Assembly (NCBI RefSeq): GCF_006345805.1 | Contig: NC_042997.1 | Span: forward strand, 41,912,001-41,976,000 | Source of the DNA: Octopus sinensis | Lineage: Eukaryota | DNA: 64,000 bases | Direction of reading: 5' to 3' | Part shown: positions 11,962 through 23,925 of the stretch, piece after piece | Layout: every line of letters starts with the position of its first letter | How positions within the stretch are numbered: position 1 is the stretch's first letter | Notes under the pieces: model-generated | Databases searched by the model: none | Seen by the model: the letters and a program-made list of their open reading frames with translations, nothing else | Told to the model about the DNA's origin: nothing | Made by a program: the position numbers and the translations under genes

Positions 11962-12497
11962 AGTATCAGAATCCTATGGTGCAGTGCCAGGCAGCAGCTC
12001 TTAGGGCTTCTTATCTTAACTGATTGGAAGTGTTATCATGTACATTGTTTTGTCTTGGTATAAAAGATGGGCTACAGCAAATATTCTGCTGAATACCACA
12101 GATTTTGCTTGTCAGTTGTTTGACCGTAACCAGTTGAGCATGTCCCTTAGTGGCTGACGATGTGTGCATCTCTGATCACGAGCAGAAGTAGTGGGGGAGC
12201 ATTATAGCCATGCATTGAGAGGAATTCTTTGGGGTTTGGATAATTCACCTTTGGAAATGTAGGTGTCTCGTTCAACTCCTCAAACAGCCCTTATTCAGGG
12301 ACCTTTTGAGCAGGATGGGCTACTCAACCTGAAGAAAATTCTAACTGAGCTCCACCAGCAAGGTCATATGCTGCTTATCTTGATATGAGATCACCATGTC
12401 GCGCACATATGGTTGTGATGCATGTGCCTGGTATACATGGGTATACTGGGCTTCATATATTTTACCCCAGTATCACTTTGATTGCATGCACTGCTCT
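11962..12497 (+). mobile_element. Unclassified ~540-bp dispersed repeat embedded in TAA-type microsatellite
   Basis: Collinear reverse-complement copy at 26329-26870; both copies have TAA-rich flanks on both sides. Confidence 0.8.
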
Positions 12498-13571
12498 TAT
12501 AATATTCATAATAGGAATGATAATAGCTGAACACTACTTATTAAAAACTGAATACAGTAAAAAAAAATACAGTAAACACACTTCTATTTGGCACCATTGG
12601 GACCATACAGTTGTCAGATAACTGAATTTTCTGGATATTTAACCATCAGTTTTTAAATTACTGTTTGTCTATTTAACATGACTATTTGGTCAGTGGGTGC
12701 TTCTTAGCAAAGTTCACTCTGCTGAAAGCATTCAGGTTTAGTCTCTAGTTTGAGTATAACATACTCCCTTTCCTTTACTAAACTTGGAGACTCTGAAAAA
12801 TAAAAATTCATGGGTGCTACCCTTCCTTATCAAATTATAAATGGTAAGAACATGTAAAAAGTAAAAAAGGATTTAAGGCTTGACAATTATGGTTCCGATT
12901 TTTTTTTAATGGTAGGAATGTTTGCAGTTACATTGAGCCAGGGAAGGGGATTACAGGAATATTTTCTTATTGGGTGTTCATGCTGCTATTTAACCTCAGA
13001 CCAGTCCAACTCCTGATTAAGTACATCCGGGTTCAAGCCATGATTATTCTGTTTCATTTATTTATTTGTTTATTTTTGTGTACATCAAAGTCTACTTTGT
13101 CCAATGTGTTCTGTATTTATTTTGGCAGGGTGTGATTTGCAAGACACTTAGCTGCTATTTCTAATGAGTCAGTTGATCATATAGAGGTTCCTTTATTGAC
13201 ATATGTTCTCATTAGTCTAAATTCAATGCAGATTTTCCAGTCAAGGAGAAATTTCTATTCTGATTTTATGAAAACCCATTCTTGCTTTAATTTGACATCT
13301 AAATAAACAACAATTTTAATTAAACTAGTGTTATTATTACATTTCCTGTTTATTTTGGGTTGTTTAATTGAGTTTCAATTAAATTGCTTTTCAGATTTGT
13401 TTGCAGCTTTTTTTGTGGATGCAGGCAGGCTGTGTGGTCAAGAAATTCATTTTGCAACTATGTAGTCCACAGTTTGATCCAGCTGTGAAACAGTTTCGTG
13501 CCTTGGGTCGACCTTTGTCTTGTAAATAAATTTTGTAGACAAAAAGTGTGAAAGCCTGTTACATATATAAA

Positions 13572-13625
<54 letters not shown>

Positions 13626-13662
13626 TTTATGAAAGAATGGAGTTGAACGACTTGTTAACAAA

Positions 13663-13762
13663 TTTCCTTTATTTTCGACATATGTTTCAAAGGCTGCATA
13701 TTCCTAATTCCGAAGGAATAAGGAGTACATTATGCAGATTTCTCATCAGGAAAGGAAAGGAA
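13663..13762 (-). ncRNA. Type I hammerhead ribozyme motif, inverted-arm copy
   Basis: Reverse complement of the 13826 motif; G-U instead of G-C at 10.1/11.1. Confidence 0.75.
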
Positions 13763-13825
13763 AGGAAAGGAAAGGAGTTATATATAACTCTAAAAGTTTT
13801 TTGTGCATTTTGATGTTGACATAAG

Positions 13826-13925
13826 TTCCTTTCCTTTCCTGATGAGAAATCTGCATAATGTACTCCTTATTCCTTCGGAATTAGGAATATGCAGCCTTCG
13901 AAACATATGTCGAAAATAAAGGAAA
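13826..13925 (+). ncRNA. Type I hammerhead ribozyme motif with intact core
   Basis: Stem I ttcctttcctttc/gaaaataaaggaa (4 bp + 2x2 loop + 7 bp); CTGATGA 13839-13845; stem II gaa..ctgcata/tatgcag..ttc; GAAAC 13900-13904; loop ATAT; GTC 13909-13911. Confidence 0.8.
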
Positions 13926-15089
13926 TTTGTTAACAAGTCGTTCAACTCCATTCTTTTATAAACTTATATTTTTAAAATAAACATACAAATTTCCGCGCGA
14001 AAGCACGTAGTCTATGCCCTAGGGACGTAACTTCAACCGTGTTCTTTCTGATGTGAATTTGCTACCCAGGTATTGGTTATCTTTCGAATTATCCTTAATA
14101 AGATAATTCATTCAACTACTCAAATATATATATATATATATAACAAAATAAGCAACAGGATATCAAGAAGTGATGCAGTACAACCATTTCAAGCAGTTTC
14201 ATTTAATTGAACAATGCAATCATTACATCAATTTAAATGCAGGGCTATCATCAGCTGCACAAATAAATAAACAGAATTTTAATCAGTTGGACACATTAAT
14301 ATTATTTTACTCAGATACTCTAACAGAGCAAGAAGATGGAAGAAATCCATGTTGTTGCTATTGTAGCTAAGAATATACTAGACATCCAAGAAATGCATGA
14401 AGCTTGTTGGAGTCATAGCTTGTAAAGGATTGCAGTTTATTTTTTAATTTATTATTCTTTTTTATCAACTACTAAATCTAAGACTTGAAGACTATGTCTG
14501 CTTAGAATGGAAGGCAAGAGTGAGTTGACAGCTCATGGCTAGGTATGGTCATAAATATTGCCAAGATTTTAGGAGTAATAAATCAGGTATGAAGTAACTG
14601 TCTATAAAGGAGGCTGGGTAGGAGAAGACCCCAAATCAAGATGTTAATTACCAGTTAAAGGGGCAAGATGCTAATAAAACCTATGATGTTAATACAGGGG
14701 AAATTTTATCATGGGGTACTATGGGTGATTGTTTATAAACAATATTGTTATGTTGTATATACAATGCTAATACAATAGCATGAATGCTATTGTATTAGCA
14801 TTATCATGCATTTGAGAATAAATTATTTCTGTATCATATATATATATATATACATATATTAAAGAATATTGTTGTGTAAGGCTGGAACAATGCGAGAAGG
14901 TGCAAAAGTAAACTACACGAGAAAAAGAAACCAGAACAAATTTGCAGTTTTACCTTATATTTCTATATTTCGGGAAAAGTTTACTTTGTATATTCTTGCA
15001 TTGTTCTGGCCTTACACAATTCTTTAAAGGTAAACCACACAATGCTTCACCAAAATTACCTCACTTACATATCTATTTTTTATTTATGT

Positions 15090-15393
15090 GCCCTTTTCAA
15101 GCCTAGTCAGGCTCATAGTCCTGGTTTCCCGGTTTCTGTGGCGCATGTGCCCCCCATCCCCTGGCTGGACGGGACGCCAGTCCATCGCAGCATTTCTGAA
15201 GAAACAGGAAGAAAGAGTGAGAGAAAGTTGGGGCGAAAGAGTACAACAGGGTCGCCACCACCCCCTGCCGGAGCCTCGTAGAGCTTTAAGTGTCTTCGCT
15301 CAATAAACACACACAACGTCCGGTCTGGAAATCGAAACCGTGATCCTCCGACCGCGAGTCTGCTGCCCTAACCACTGGGCCATTGTGCCTCCA
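15090..15393 (-). mobile_element. SINE family C (tRNA-Arg-like head), tail type 1
   Basis: Reverse complement head ggaggcacaatggcccagtggttagggcagcagactcgcggtcggaggatcacggtttcgatttcc; 3' half gcgatggactggcgtcccgtccag...gaaaccggg. Confidence 0.85.
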
Positions 15394-15598
15394 TTCCATA
15401 TATATATATTTATAAAATATTAGAAAAAAACTACCTTTTATCAATTCAAAATGAACAATTAAATTACACCATCCAGAAAATTAGATATAATATTGAATTT
15501 TAACTTTTCTATTATATGTAATTTTCTAGATGGTGTAATTTAATTATTCATTTTGAATGGATAAAAGGTGGTTTTTTTCTAATATTTTATATATATAT

Positions 15599-16210
15599 TC
15601 ACTGAGGAAATGACTAGAGACCGAGACCTCTGGAAGTGTGCTGTGCGCGAGAAGACCCGGCAGGACAAGTGAGTTCATAACCCGTGGCCTTCTACATGGG
15701 ATGGAGCCAGCCTACGTATGCATACCTTCCCTTCTTGTGACACAAAACTCTACTTGTGAAGACCTGTTGAGGCAAGTGAGGAGCAGAATCGAAATCGATC
15801 AATGGAAATTGCAGATGAGTTACCAGTGCCGGTGGCATGTAAGAAAACCATCCGTTCGTGACCATTGCCAGTGCCGCCCCAACTGGCCTCGTGCCAGTGG
15901 CACGTAAAAAGCACCATCCATTCGTGTCTGTTGCCAGCCTCGCTTGGCCCCCGTGCCGGTGGCACATAAAAAGCACCATCCATTCGTGTCCGTTTGCCAG
16001 CTCTGTCTGGCACCTGTGCGGGTGGCACGTAAAAAGCACCCACTACACTCACAGAGTGGTTGGCATTAGGAAGGGCATCCAGCCGTAGAAACACTGCCAG
16101 ATCTGACTAGGCCTGATGAAGCCTTCTGGCTTCACAGACCCCAGTTGAACCGTCCAACCCATGCTAGCATGGAAAACGGACGCTAAACGATGATGATGAT
16201 GATGATGATA
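15599..16210 (+). mobile_element. 5'-truncated RTE LINE: last ORF2 codons plus long 3' UTR with tandem ~65-bp repeats and (GAT)n tail
   Basis: Translation TEEMTRDRDLWKCAVREKTRQDK* fits the RTE C-terminal DRxxWR motif; four gtgccggtggcacgtaaaaagcacc units; aaacgatgatgat tail. Confidence 0.8.
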
Positions 16211-16287
16211 TATTGTGTGGAATTTGATTTAGTATTTCTAAATCGAATTCTTTTTCCTTGTAAGTCTGGATTTTATTCCCTCAAATA

Positions 16288-16318
<31 letters not shown>

Positions 16319-16566
16319 ACTTACACACATATGACATATACATACACACATACAAACAAGCAATAAATGGAAATATATGCCATTTATATACATTTAACTT
16401 GTGCACATTCATAACATACATATATGCCTTGCTCATATACACTTTATTTATTATACTAAAAGTACTATAAGCTAATATTTATAAATTCTTCCCTGCACAA
16501 TACATTCACTCATATTAGACCGGCATTTCAACAGATATATTGTAAGAAGCCACAAAGATTTTTTCG

Positions 16567-16613
<47 letters not shown>

Positions 16614-16769
16614 ATATTTGAAAACGTTTATCTTTTTTCTTATCGAAAGTACAGTAGCTTGAGAAACAATTAGCAATATGAGAGGATTCAACCGATAGTC
16701 ATTGTGGTAATGATCTTTGTTTACTGTTAAATGGCAGTGAAAGCTTTTAGCTGATACCATATGATTAAC

Positions 16770-16821
<52 letters not shown>

Positions 16822-16844
16822 CATACACACATTTACAAACATAT

Positions 16845-17055
16845 CAGAAGGGCGGCAAACTGGCAGAATTGTTAGCACATTGGACAAAATGCTTAGTGGC
16901 ATTTCTTTTGGCTCTTTATGTTCTGAGTTCAAATCCCACCAAAGTCAACTTTGCCTTTCATCCCTTTTGGGTTGGTAAAAAGCATTACCAATCAAATACT
17001 TGAGCTGATGTAATCAACTTGTCCCTTCTCCTTAAAATTGTTGGCCATGAAGCCA
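16845..17055 (+). mobile_element. SINE family B
   Basis: gggcggcaaactggcagaattg head; gagttcaaatccc; tttgcctttcatcccttttggg. Confidence 0.8.
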
Positions 17056-17728
17056 GCGACAGACTGGCATCCTGTTCAGGGGAAGTGTGGTGATTTCAGG
17101 CACTTGTATTAGGGGATGCTGAAACGGTCTTGGCTCTGGGTAAAAGAAAACACAGGAGGATCAGTTAATTATGATTTTACTCAACATATTCGCCTCTCAG
17201 ATTCACACACTTTTTGTAGTAGTCCTTCAGTTTTTCTAATCCCTGTAAAAAAACTTGGAAGGTTGGCCTCCAACCAGACCTTTTGTGATACCCTTAAAGC
17301 CATCAGAGAGATGATAATGAGTAAGCAAAGGAAACAACAGATTATAAGGTGTCATAAGTGATTTTAAGTTATGATAAGAAAACAATTTATTTTACAATAC
17401 ATCTCATTGAACTACTTAAAGGAATAACTATAATGAGTGATATAAAAAGAAAAGAATAGAAAATGTAGAATTAAATCAACTATAGTCAGATTAATGATAA
17501 AAGATGAAATTATTAATAATAGTAGAAATAAATATAAATAATGGATGGTTCTCCATTATTATATAAGGTTATAAAATATTAATATGTGTGGAAAGAACAG
17601 TAGAATTGATTTGTGTATACTGGAGAAGTTAACAATTAGCACACTGCATTCTCTCTACAATTGTTTCCTCTACCATCACTGCCCTGTTACTATAGGAGAG
17701 AAAAGTCATATAGAGACATGATGCACAT

Positions 17729-18012
17729 AAGGCGATGCTGGTAACGATCATTCGAGCGTGATCGTTACCAGCATCACCTTACTGGAACCTGTGCTGGTGG
17801 CATGTGTAAAAAGATTTGAGCGAGGTCGTTGCCAGTACCACCTGACTGGCCCCATGCCGGTGGCACATAAAAAGCACCCACTACACTCTTTGAGTGGTTG
17901 GCGTTAGGAAGGGCATCCATGGAGCCTGGTGCAGCCATCTGGTTCGCCAGCCCTCAGTCAAAATCATCCAACCCCTGCCTGCATGGAAAGCGGACATTAA
18001 ACGATGATGATG
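17729..18012 (+). mobile_element. RTE 3'-UTR fragment with a 5' fold-back hairpin
   Basis: Tandem units, ggttggcgttaggaagggcatcc and aaacgatgatgat tail; begins with a 17-bp perfect inverted repeat. Confidence 0.8.
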
Positions 18013-18270
18013 CACCTACAATGCACTAAAGGTCAATGTAGGGAAACAGGAAGAAGAACTTGCTGCAAAAAAGAATTGATGTTTGGAGAATAATATAGTT
18101 TATAGTTATGATATGTGATGATGTTCATAGAATGTTAGTAAGATAAATTAAATTGTAATAATATAGTATATTAATTAACTGATGAATTTAATTGCCAGAT
18201 GATAAATTTATAAGTTCTGAAATGAAATTAATTTATGAATATATCAAGTAATTACAAGTTACTTATATGT

Positions 18271-18500
18271 TTCTTTATTACCCACAAGGGGCTAAACATA
18301 GAGGGGACAAACAAGGACAGACAAACGGGTTAAGTCGATTACATCGACCCCAGTGCGTAACTGGTACTTAATTTATCGACCCCGAAAGGATGAAAGGCAA
18401 AGTCGACCTCGGCGGAATTCGAACTCAGAACGTAGCAACGGGCAAAATACCGCGAAGTACTTCGCCCAGCGTGCTAACGTCTCTGCCAGCTCGCCGCCCT
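18271..18500 (-). mobile_element. SINE family B, young long-tail subfamily with 17-bp TSD
   Basis: TSD acaagttacttatatgt at 18254-18270 and 18501-18517; CpG-rich, nearly undecayed. Confidence 0.95.
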
Positions 18501-18613
18501 ACAAGTTACTTATATGTGTGTGTGTGTGTGTGTGTGCATGCATGTGTGTGTGTATGCATATGTGTGCATGAGCATGTGTTCATGTTTGTGTGTGTGCATA
18601 TGTGTGTGCATGT

Positions 18614-18930
18614 GAAGGCATGTGGCTGAGGTACTTGGCTTGTGATTGTAAGGTTGTAAGCATGATTCCAAGTGGTGTGTTGTGTCCTTGAGCAAGAACC
18701 TTTCTTTCACATTGCTGCAGTTCACTCAACAGACAAAACTGAGCTGTACCTGTAATTGAATGGGTCAACCTTGTCACAATCAGTGTCTCGCGTTCAATCT
18801 TCAAGGCAGTTACGTTAAGGGTACACATGTCTGTGAGAAGCTCAGCTGCTTACACATTAATTTCACAAGCGGGCTGTTTTATTGTTGAATCAATTGGAAC
18901 ACTTGTCATCATAACCAATGGAAAGCCAAA
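18614..18930 (+). mobile_element. Old SINE with family C tail type 2
   Basis: ttacgttaagggtacacatgtctgtg...ttaatttcacaagc matches the 39983 copy; tgtgtccttgagcaag central motif. Confidence 0.65.
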
Positions 18931-19179
18931 CCACATACAGACACACACCTCTCACAATCATCATAATTATCATTTTAACATCCACTTTTCTATGTTTGTA
19001 TGGGTCAGAAGAAACCTAGTGGAGTAGATTTTTCTATGACTGGATGTTCTTCCTGTTACAAACTTTTATCTGTTTCCATGAAAATGTATAAATATGTAAA
19101 CACAATGCACCAGCACATTCTAATCACCCACTAATCCTGTCTGCACATATTAGAGCATACACTGGCTGTTCTCATACAC

Positions 19180-19624
19180 ACACAAATATCAGAGATATGC
19201 ATACGCACTCACACACTACATGTAAAGGCACACATACCCATTCATGAAATAAACATGCACACATTCATACATACACACATAAATACAGAAATGTGCATAT
19301 TCACATACACCTGACATTCATTCACACACACACACACACACATGGATACAGCAGACAACAAATGTACATGTACTATGCACATACATGCTCACACAGCTGA
19401 TGCACACAACTGATAAATAGGCCGATGTATATGTGCACTCAAACACACATACACAACTGATAAGCATCGACACCCACACACCCTAATGACACGTAAACGC
19501 ACACCATTGAGCTGATACCACCAGTACACACCCATGCACCAGCTTGCATGTACAGATACCTACACATACATAGCAGATGAACATGCTGCACAACAAACAC
19601 CCACATCTATACATACACACACCA

Positions 19625-19674
<50 letters not shown>

Positions 19675-19720
19675 CACACACACACACAAGCAATTAATGT
19701 TGCTTAATTTTTTCACACAC
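19180..19720. repeat. Degenerate (CA)n-rich low-complexity tract
   Basis: Directly visible. Confidence 0.8.
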
Positions 19721-21132
19721 ACTATCCAGATAGCAAGATGCTATCAATTTCCTGTCCTGCCACGTGGCTAAAGAAATTCAGATTGTGATCTGTTATTTGA
19801 TGGTGGTGATATTTCAATACGATTTCAACAACACCCTGTGTCCCATTTTGACCAAAAGCAGCCCAGTTTTCCAGTAGCTATATTGGATTTTCTCCATCTC
19901 TGCATTGGGTTGTCTGAGCACGATGAGCTAAATACCTATGAGAAGTTTATGAAACTTTAAATTGCATAGCGCTGGATCAGACTGTTTTAAATAATCATTA
20001 TATAAATATACATATAAATGCCTCACGCTAAGAGGGACATAAGTCTTGCTTTGAAAAACTGCATTGGGTATGATTAGTAAAATTTTTGGTAGAAATGACT
20101 TATGTCCCTCTTAGCGTGAGGCATTTACATGTAATAATGCCCTCTATATAATATAAATTAATATGTTCAATAAGAAAGAATTATTTTCGAAATTTTTCTC
20201 TTATGAGGTTTTTCACGCTATCTACCTGATAATTTCTTGTTAAGATTCCTTATTAAGAAGTTATCCTTCATTCATTGGCTCTGTGCGTGTGTGTGTGTGT
20301 GTGTGCATGCACATATGCATGACCTTTTTGTGCCTGGTCACTAGTGACACATACCAAAAACTGTTAAAATGTCCATTCCCTTTTATCTCCTATTTTTTAC
20401 TTGCTTTAGTCATTAGACTTTTGGCTATAGGAGACAATTTTATTAGAACAATCTGGTAGTCTGATCAATGTATACATGTATTTACAACTGTGTGTGTGTG
20501 TGTGTAAAATCTCACGCATATACATACAAGAAAGACAGAAAGAGGGGGGAGATAGAAAGGGTATATGTTCGTGAGTGCCTGTTCGTAGTGGCATATATCT
20601 GTGTATCAGTTTAAGAACATAAGAGTGTGAAGGTCAGATAGTAAGCAGTGTGTATGGCATGGTTATGCACAACGTGTGTGTGTGTTGCATGCAAAAAATG
20701 TTCTGGGTGACAGTGGATATGAATCGTCATGGAAGTTATTCTTCCTGTTCGCTGATGATAATTTCACTTCTCACCCCATCACTATCCACCCCAACATAGC
20801 AAACCTCATCCCAACACCATCCACTTCATTATAATCCGCAGTTTTAGGCTGTCCCCATATTTGGAAGGTCAGTTATTTGGAAATATGTGAAACTAGGCTG
20901 CTACACTTCATACTCAATATGGTCTTTCCTTGCATAATGTACTTTACACAAGCATGTATACTCACATACTCCACTCTTTGCCACACACACACATCATTAC
21001 ATATGTACACATGTATATGGTAAGTCTGTGTACATGCATATCTATACATATATGCACATATAACTGTGTGTGTGAGTGTGTATATATATATGTGTGTGTA
21101 CATGCATATCTATACATATATGCACATATAAC

Positions 21133-21167
<35 letters not shown>

Positions 21168-21354
21168 CATGGCATCCTTCGCTTGGATGCCATGATAGAT
21201 CATTAGCAACTTCACACATTTTTTTTCTCTCCTTGTTTTCTGTGTCCCTTTCTGTAGAAGAGTGTAGGCTCGAAACATAAGAAACTTTTTCTATTCCTGA
21301 GCATTATACTAATACATCTGTTTGTTTTGTACACCACCTGTTTTCGTAAACTCT

Positions 21355-21395
<41 letters not shown>

Positions 21396-21586
21396 TGCAG
21401 CGTGGAAGGTGTTTGTAAGCCATTTAAGAAACACACAAAAGTCGTTCGATTCACTTCAACATTTAAGTTTAATTTGTCAAAATTGTGTGTTTCTTAAATA
21501 GCTTACAAACACCTGCCAAGCTGCAATTGTTTTCATTTCAGCACACGATCTCAGATCAAATCACTTGCTATGCAAGTACATCTCCG

Positions 21587-21627
<41 letters not shown>

Positions 21628-22315
21628 CATGGCAAAGAGACCTAAACATGATCAAATGAACACACATGCATATATATTTATAATACATTAAAAGTGAAGT
21701 TCAATCTTGCTTGCAATATTACACAGCCAAACTGGCACATAATGGGAAAATACTTTGCAAGTAAAGTGACCCTGAAATGCGAATATGAATGGAATAAAAC
21801 AAGTTTCGCATAAATTGGACCAATAATTATTGAGATATGTGGTAACTTAACCCTGAAAGAGAAGAAACTCTAACCTTTCCATTAGACACATTATGAAGGG
21901 CAAAATATTTTTAAGTGAAAATGACTTTAAAAATACAGTAAATATTTTGTAAAAGACCCATTCATAACCTCAGAATGAAATAGTTTTTTTCCATCAGTTT
22001 CTTTTGAGTGCATTCAACATATCTCACCTACAAAGATTTGGCCTCTATTTTTAGCACGCCCTGTTACCATGTAACAGCTAATTGCAATAAAGGACCTAAC
22101 ATACCTGCTACATGGTAGCAGGGCATGCAAGAAATAGCAGCCAATCTTTCCTTTTCTGGGGAAAGGAGCCATTTACATGTGATTTCGATGTCACATTTGT
22201 TGAAAGCATGCAAAATAATGTAGAAAAGAAAAAAGAACCCACGAAACAAAACTCCTTTGCTGGGAAACTCAGACATCCCCAGTGACCCAATGGGTCACTG
22301 TATATAATTACAGTG

Positions 22316-22610
22316 AAGGCACATGGCTCAGTGGTTAGAGTGTTGGACTGTGTGTTGTGTTCTTGATCAAGACACTTTATTTCACATTGCTCCACTTTAT
22401 TTCATGTTGCTCCAGTTCACTCAGCTATAGAAATGTCAAGTTGTATTTGCATTAGCTTTTCCCATGGATAACATCGGTGGCATGGAGAGGGGAGACTGGT
22501 ATGCATGGGTGACAGCTGGTATTTCATAAACAACCTTGCCCAGACTTGTGCTTCGGAGGAGAATTTTCTAGGTGCAATCCTATGGTCAGTCATTTCCGAA
22601 GGGGTTTTTT
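22316..22610 (+). mobile_element. Old tRNA-headed CORE-like SINE
   Basis: ggcacatggctcagtggttagagtgttggact head; ttgatcaagacactttatttcacattgctcca motif; related piece at ~54270-54450. Confidence 0.55.
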
Positions 22611-22699
22611 ACTCTTGACATAAGTACACAAACATAAATCTAATACATGCAGTATTAGATAGATACATTCACCTCCATACACCCACTGACATCCAATAT

Positions 22700-23081
22700 T
22701 ACTCTTTTACTTGTTTCAGTCATTTGACTGTGGCCATGCTGGAGCACCACTTTTAGTCGAGCAAATCGACCCCAGGACTTATTCTTTGTATCGGTCTCTT
22801 TTGCCAAACTGCTAAGTGATGGGGACGTAGACACACCAGCATCGATTGTCAAGCAATGCTAGGGGGACAAATACAGACACACAAACATACACACACACAC
22901 ATATATATATATATATACATGTATACGACAGGCTTCTTTAAGTTTCCATCTACCAAATCCACTTACAAGACTTTGGTTGGCCCGAAGCTATAGTAGAAGA
23001 CACTTGTCCACGCAGTGGGACTGAACCCAGAACCATGTGGTTGGTAAGCAAGCTACTTACCACACAGCCACTCCTGCGCCT
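22700..23081 (-). mobile_element. SINE family A
   Basis: Collinear with the 7629-8020 copy. Confidence 0.9.
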
Positions 23082-23539
23082 GTTTATTTAAAAAGAAATG
23101 TAAGCTGAGAATCAAGTAAATACTGGCAATGAACCACCTGGAACTAAAGACAATTAGAGGTAAACCAGCCAAATATAACATAACCAAATCTTTGTTAACG
23201 ACATCATATTTTATGTATTTTTATAGCAACAACTTGGTGTTATTTATTCCATTTTGTGAAATTATCCACTTAGCAACTTTAACCAATGTTAGAGATGTAA
23301 GTAAGACTATTTTATTGTAAGTTTGGAAACTGTTGGCAGCTCACCAATATGTTCCAGCATCCAGGTTGGAAAACACTGCATTCTTCAAGATAAATTTCAC
23401 TATGATTTTCTACTTTTCTTTTTCTTCTTCTAACTTAATTCTTATCCCATCTCTTTATTCTTCCTTTCATTTAGTTACAGTCATAGACTACAATTTGTAA
23501 TCAGAAAATATATTGAAACTAAAGTATTCTCAGACTAAA

Positions 23540-23925
23540 TCTATATATATAAAGCTGAAGTTGTCTGTGTATGGCAGGTTTGGTAGCCTTCAACTAACAC
23601 TATCTCCTCCGAGATAGTGTTGACCAAAATTAAGAGTATGATAGAAGAAGGCTTGCTCTTCCTTCCGTAGAAGAAAAAATTCAAATCGGACCGTGTTAAC
23701 ACCAAAAATTATTTACATCAAACAGTGCTTTTTTTCTATGAAAATCCCTATTATTTACGATTTTTTGACTACTTTGTCACCATTTTTCGGTATATTTCAA
23801 CCAGAAAAATGTTCACTTAAAGAGAATAACAAGCTACATAATGCAAAATTTTTACTTTTCAAAAATTCCAATTCTAAAGGGTCGAAAAGAAAACAAGTCT
23901 AAGCAACACTGGGCTATACTGCTAG
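23540..23925 (+). mobile_element. Non-autonomous Helitron
   Basis: A|TCTATATATATAAAG 5' end; decayed hairpin tctaagcaacactggg then CTAG|T 3' end; termini resemble the 48088 element. Confidence 0.75.

Larger units (their letters stand above)
13619..13969. repeat. ~145-bp-arm inverted repeat, each arm carrying a hammerhead motif
   Basis: 13619-13765 is the near-perfect reverse complement of 13826-13969; ~60-nt spacer; (TA)n on the left. Confidence 0.92.

Noticed and set aside
12150-12200. CTGACGA in the 540-bp repeat as a possible hammerhead
   Set aside because: No downstream GAAA/GUH with compatible stems in either copy
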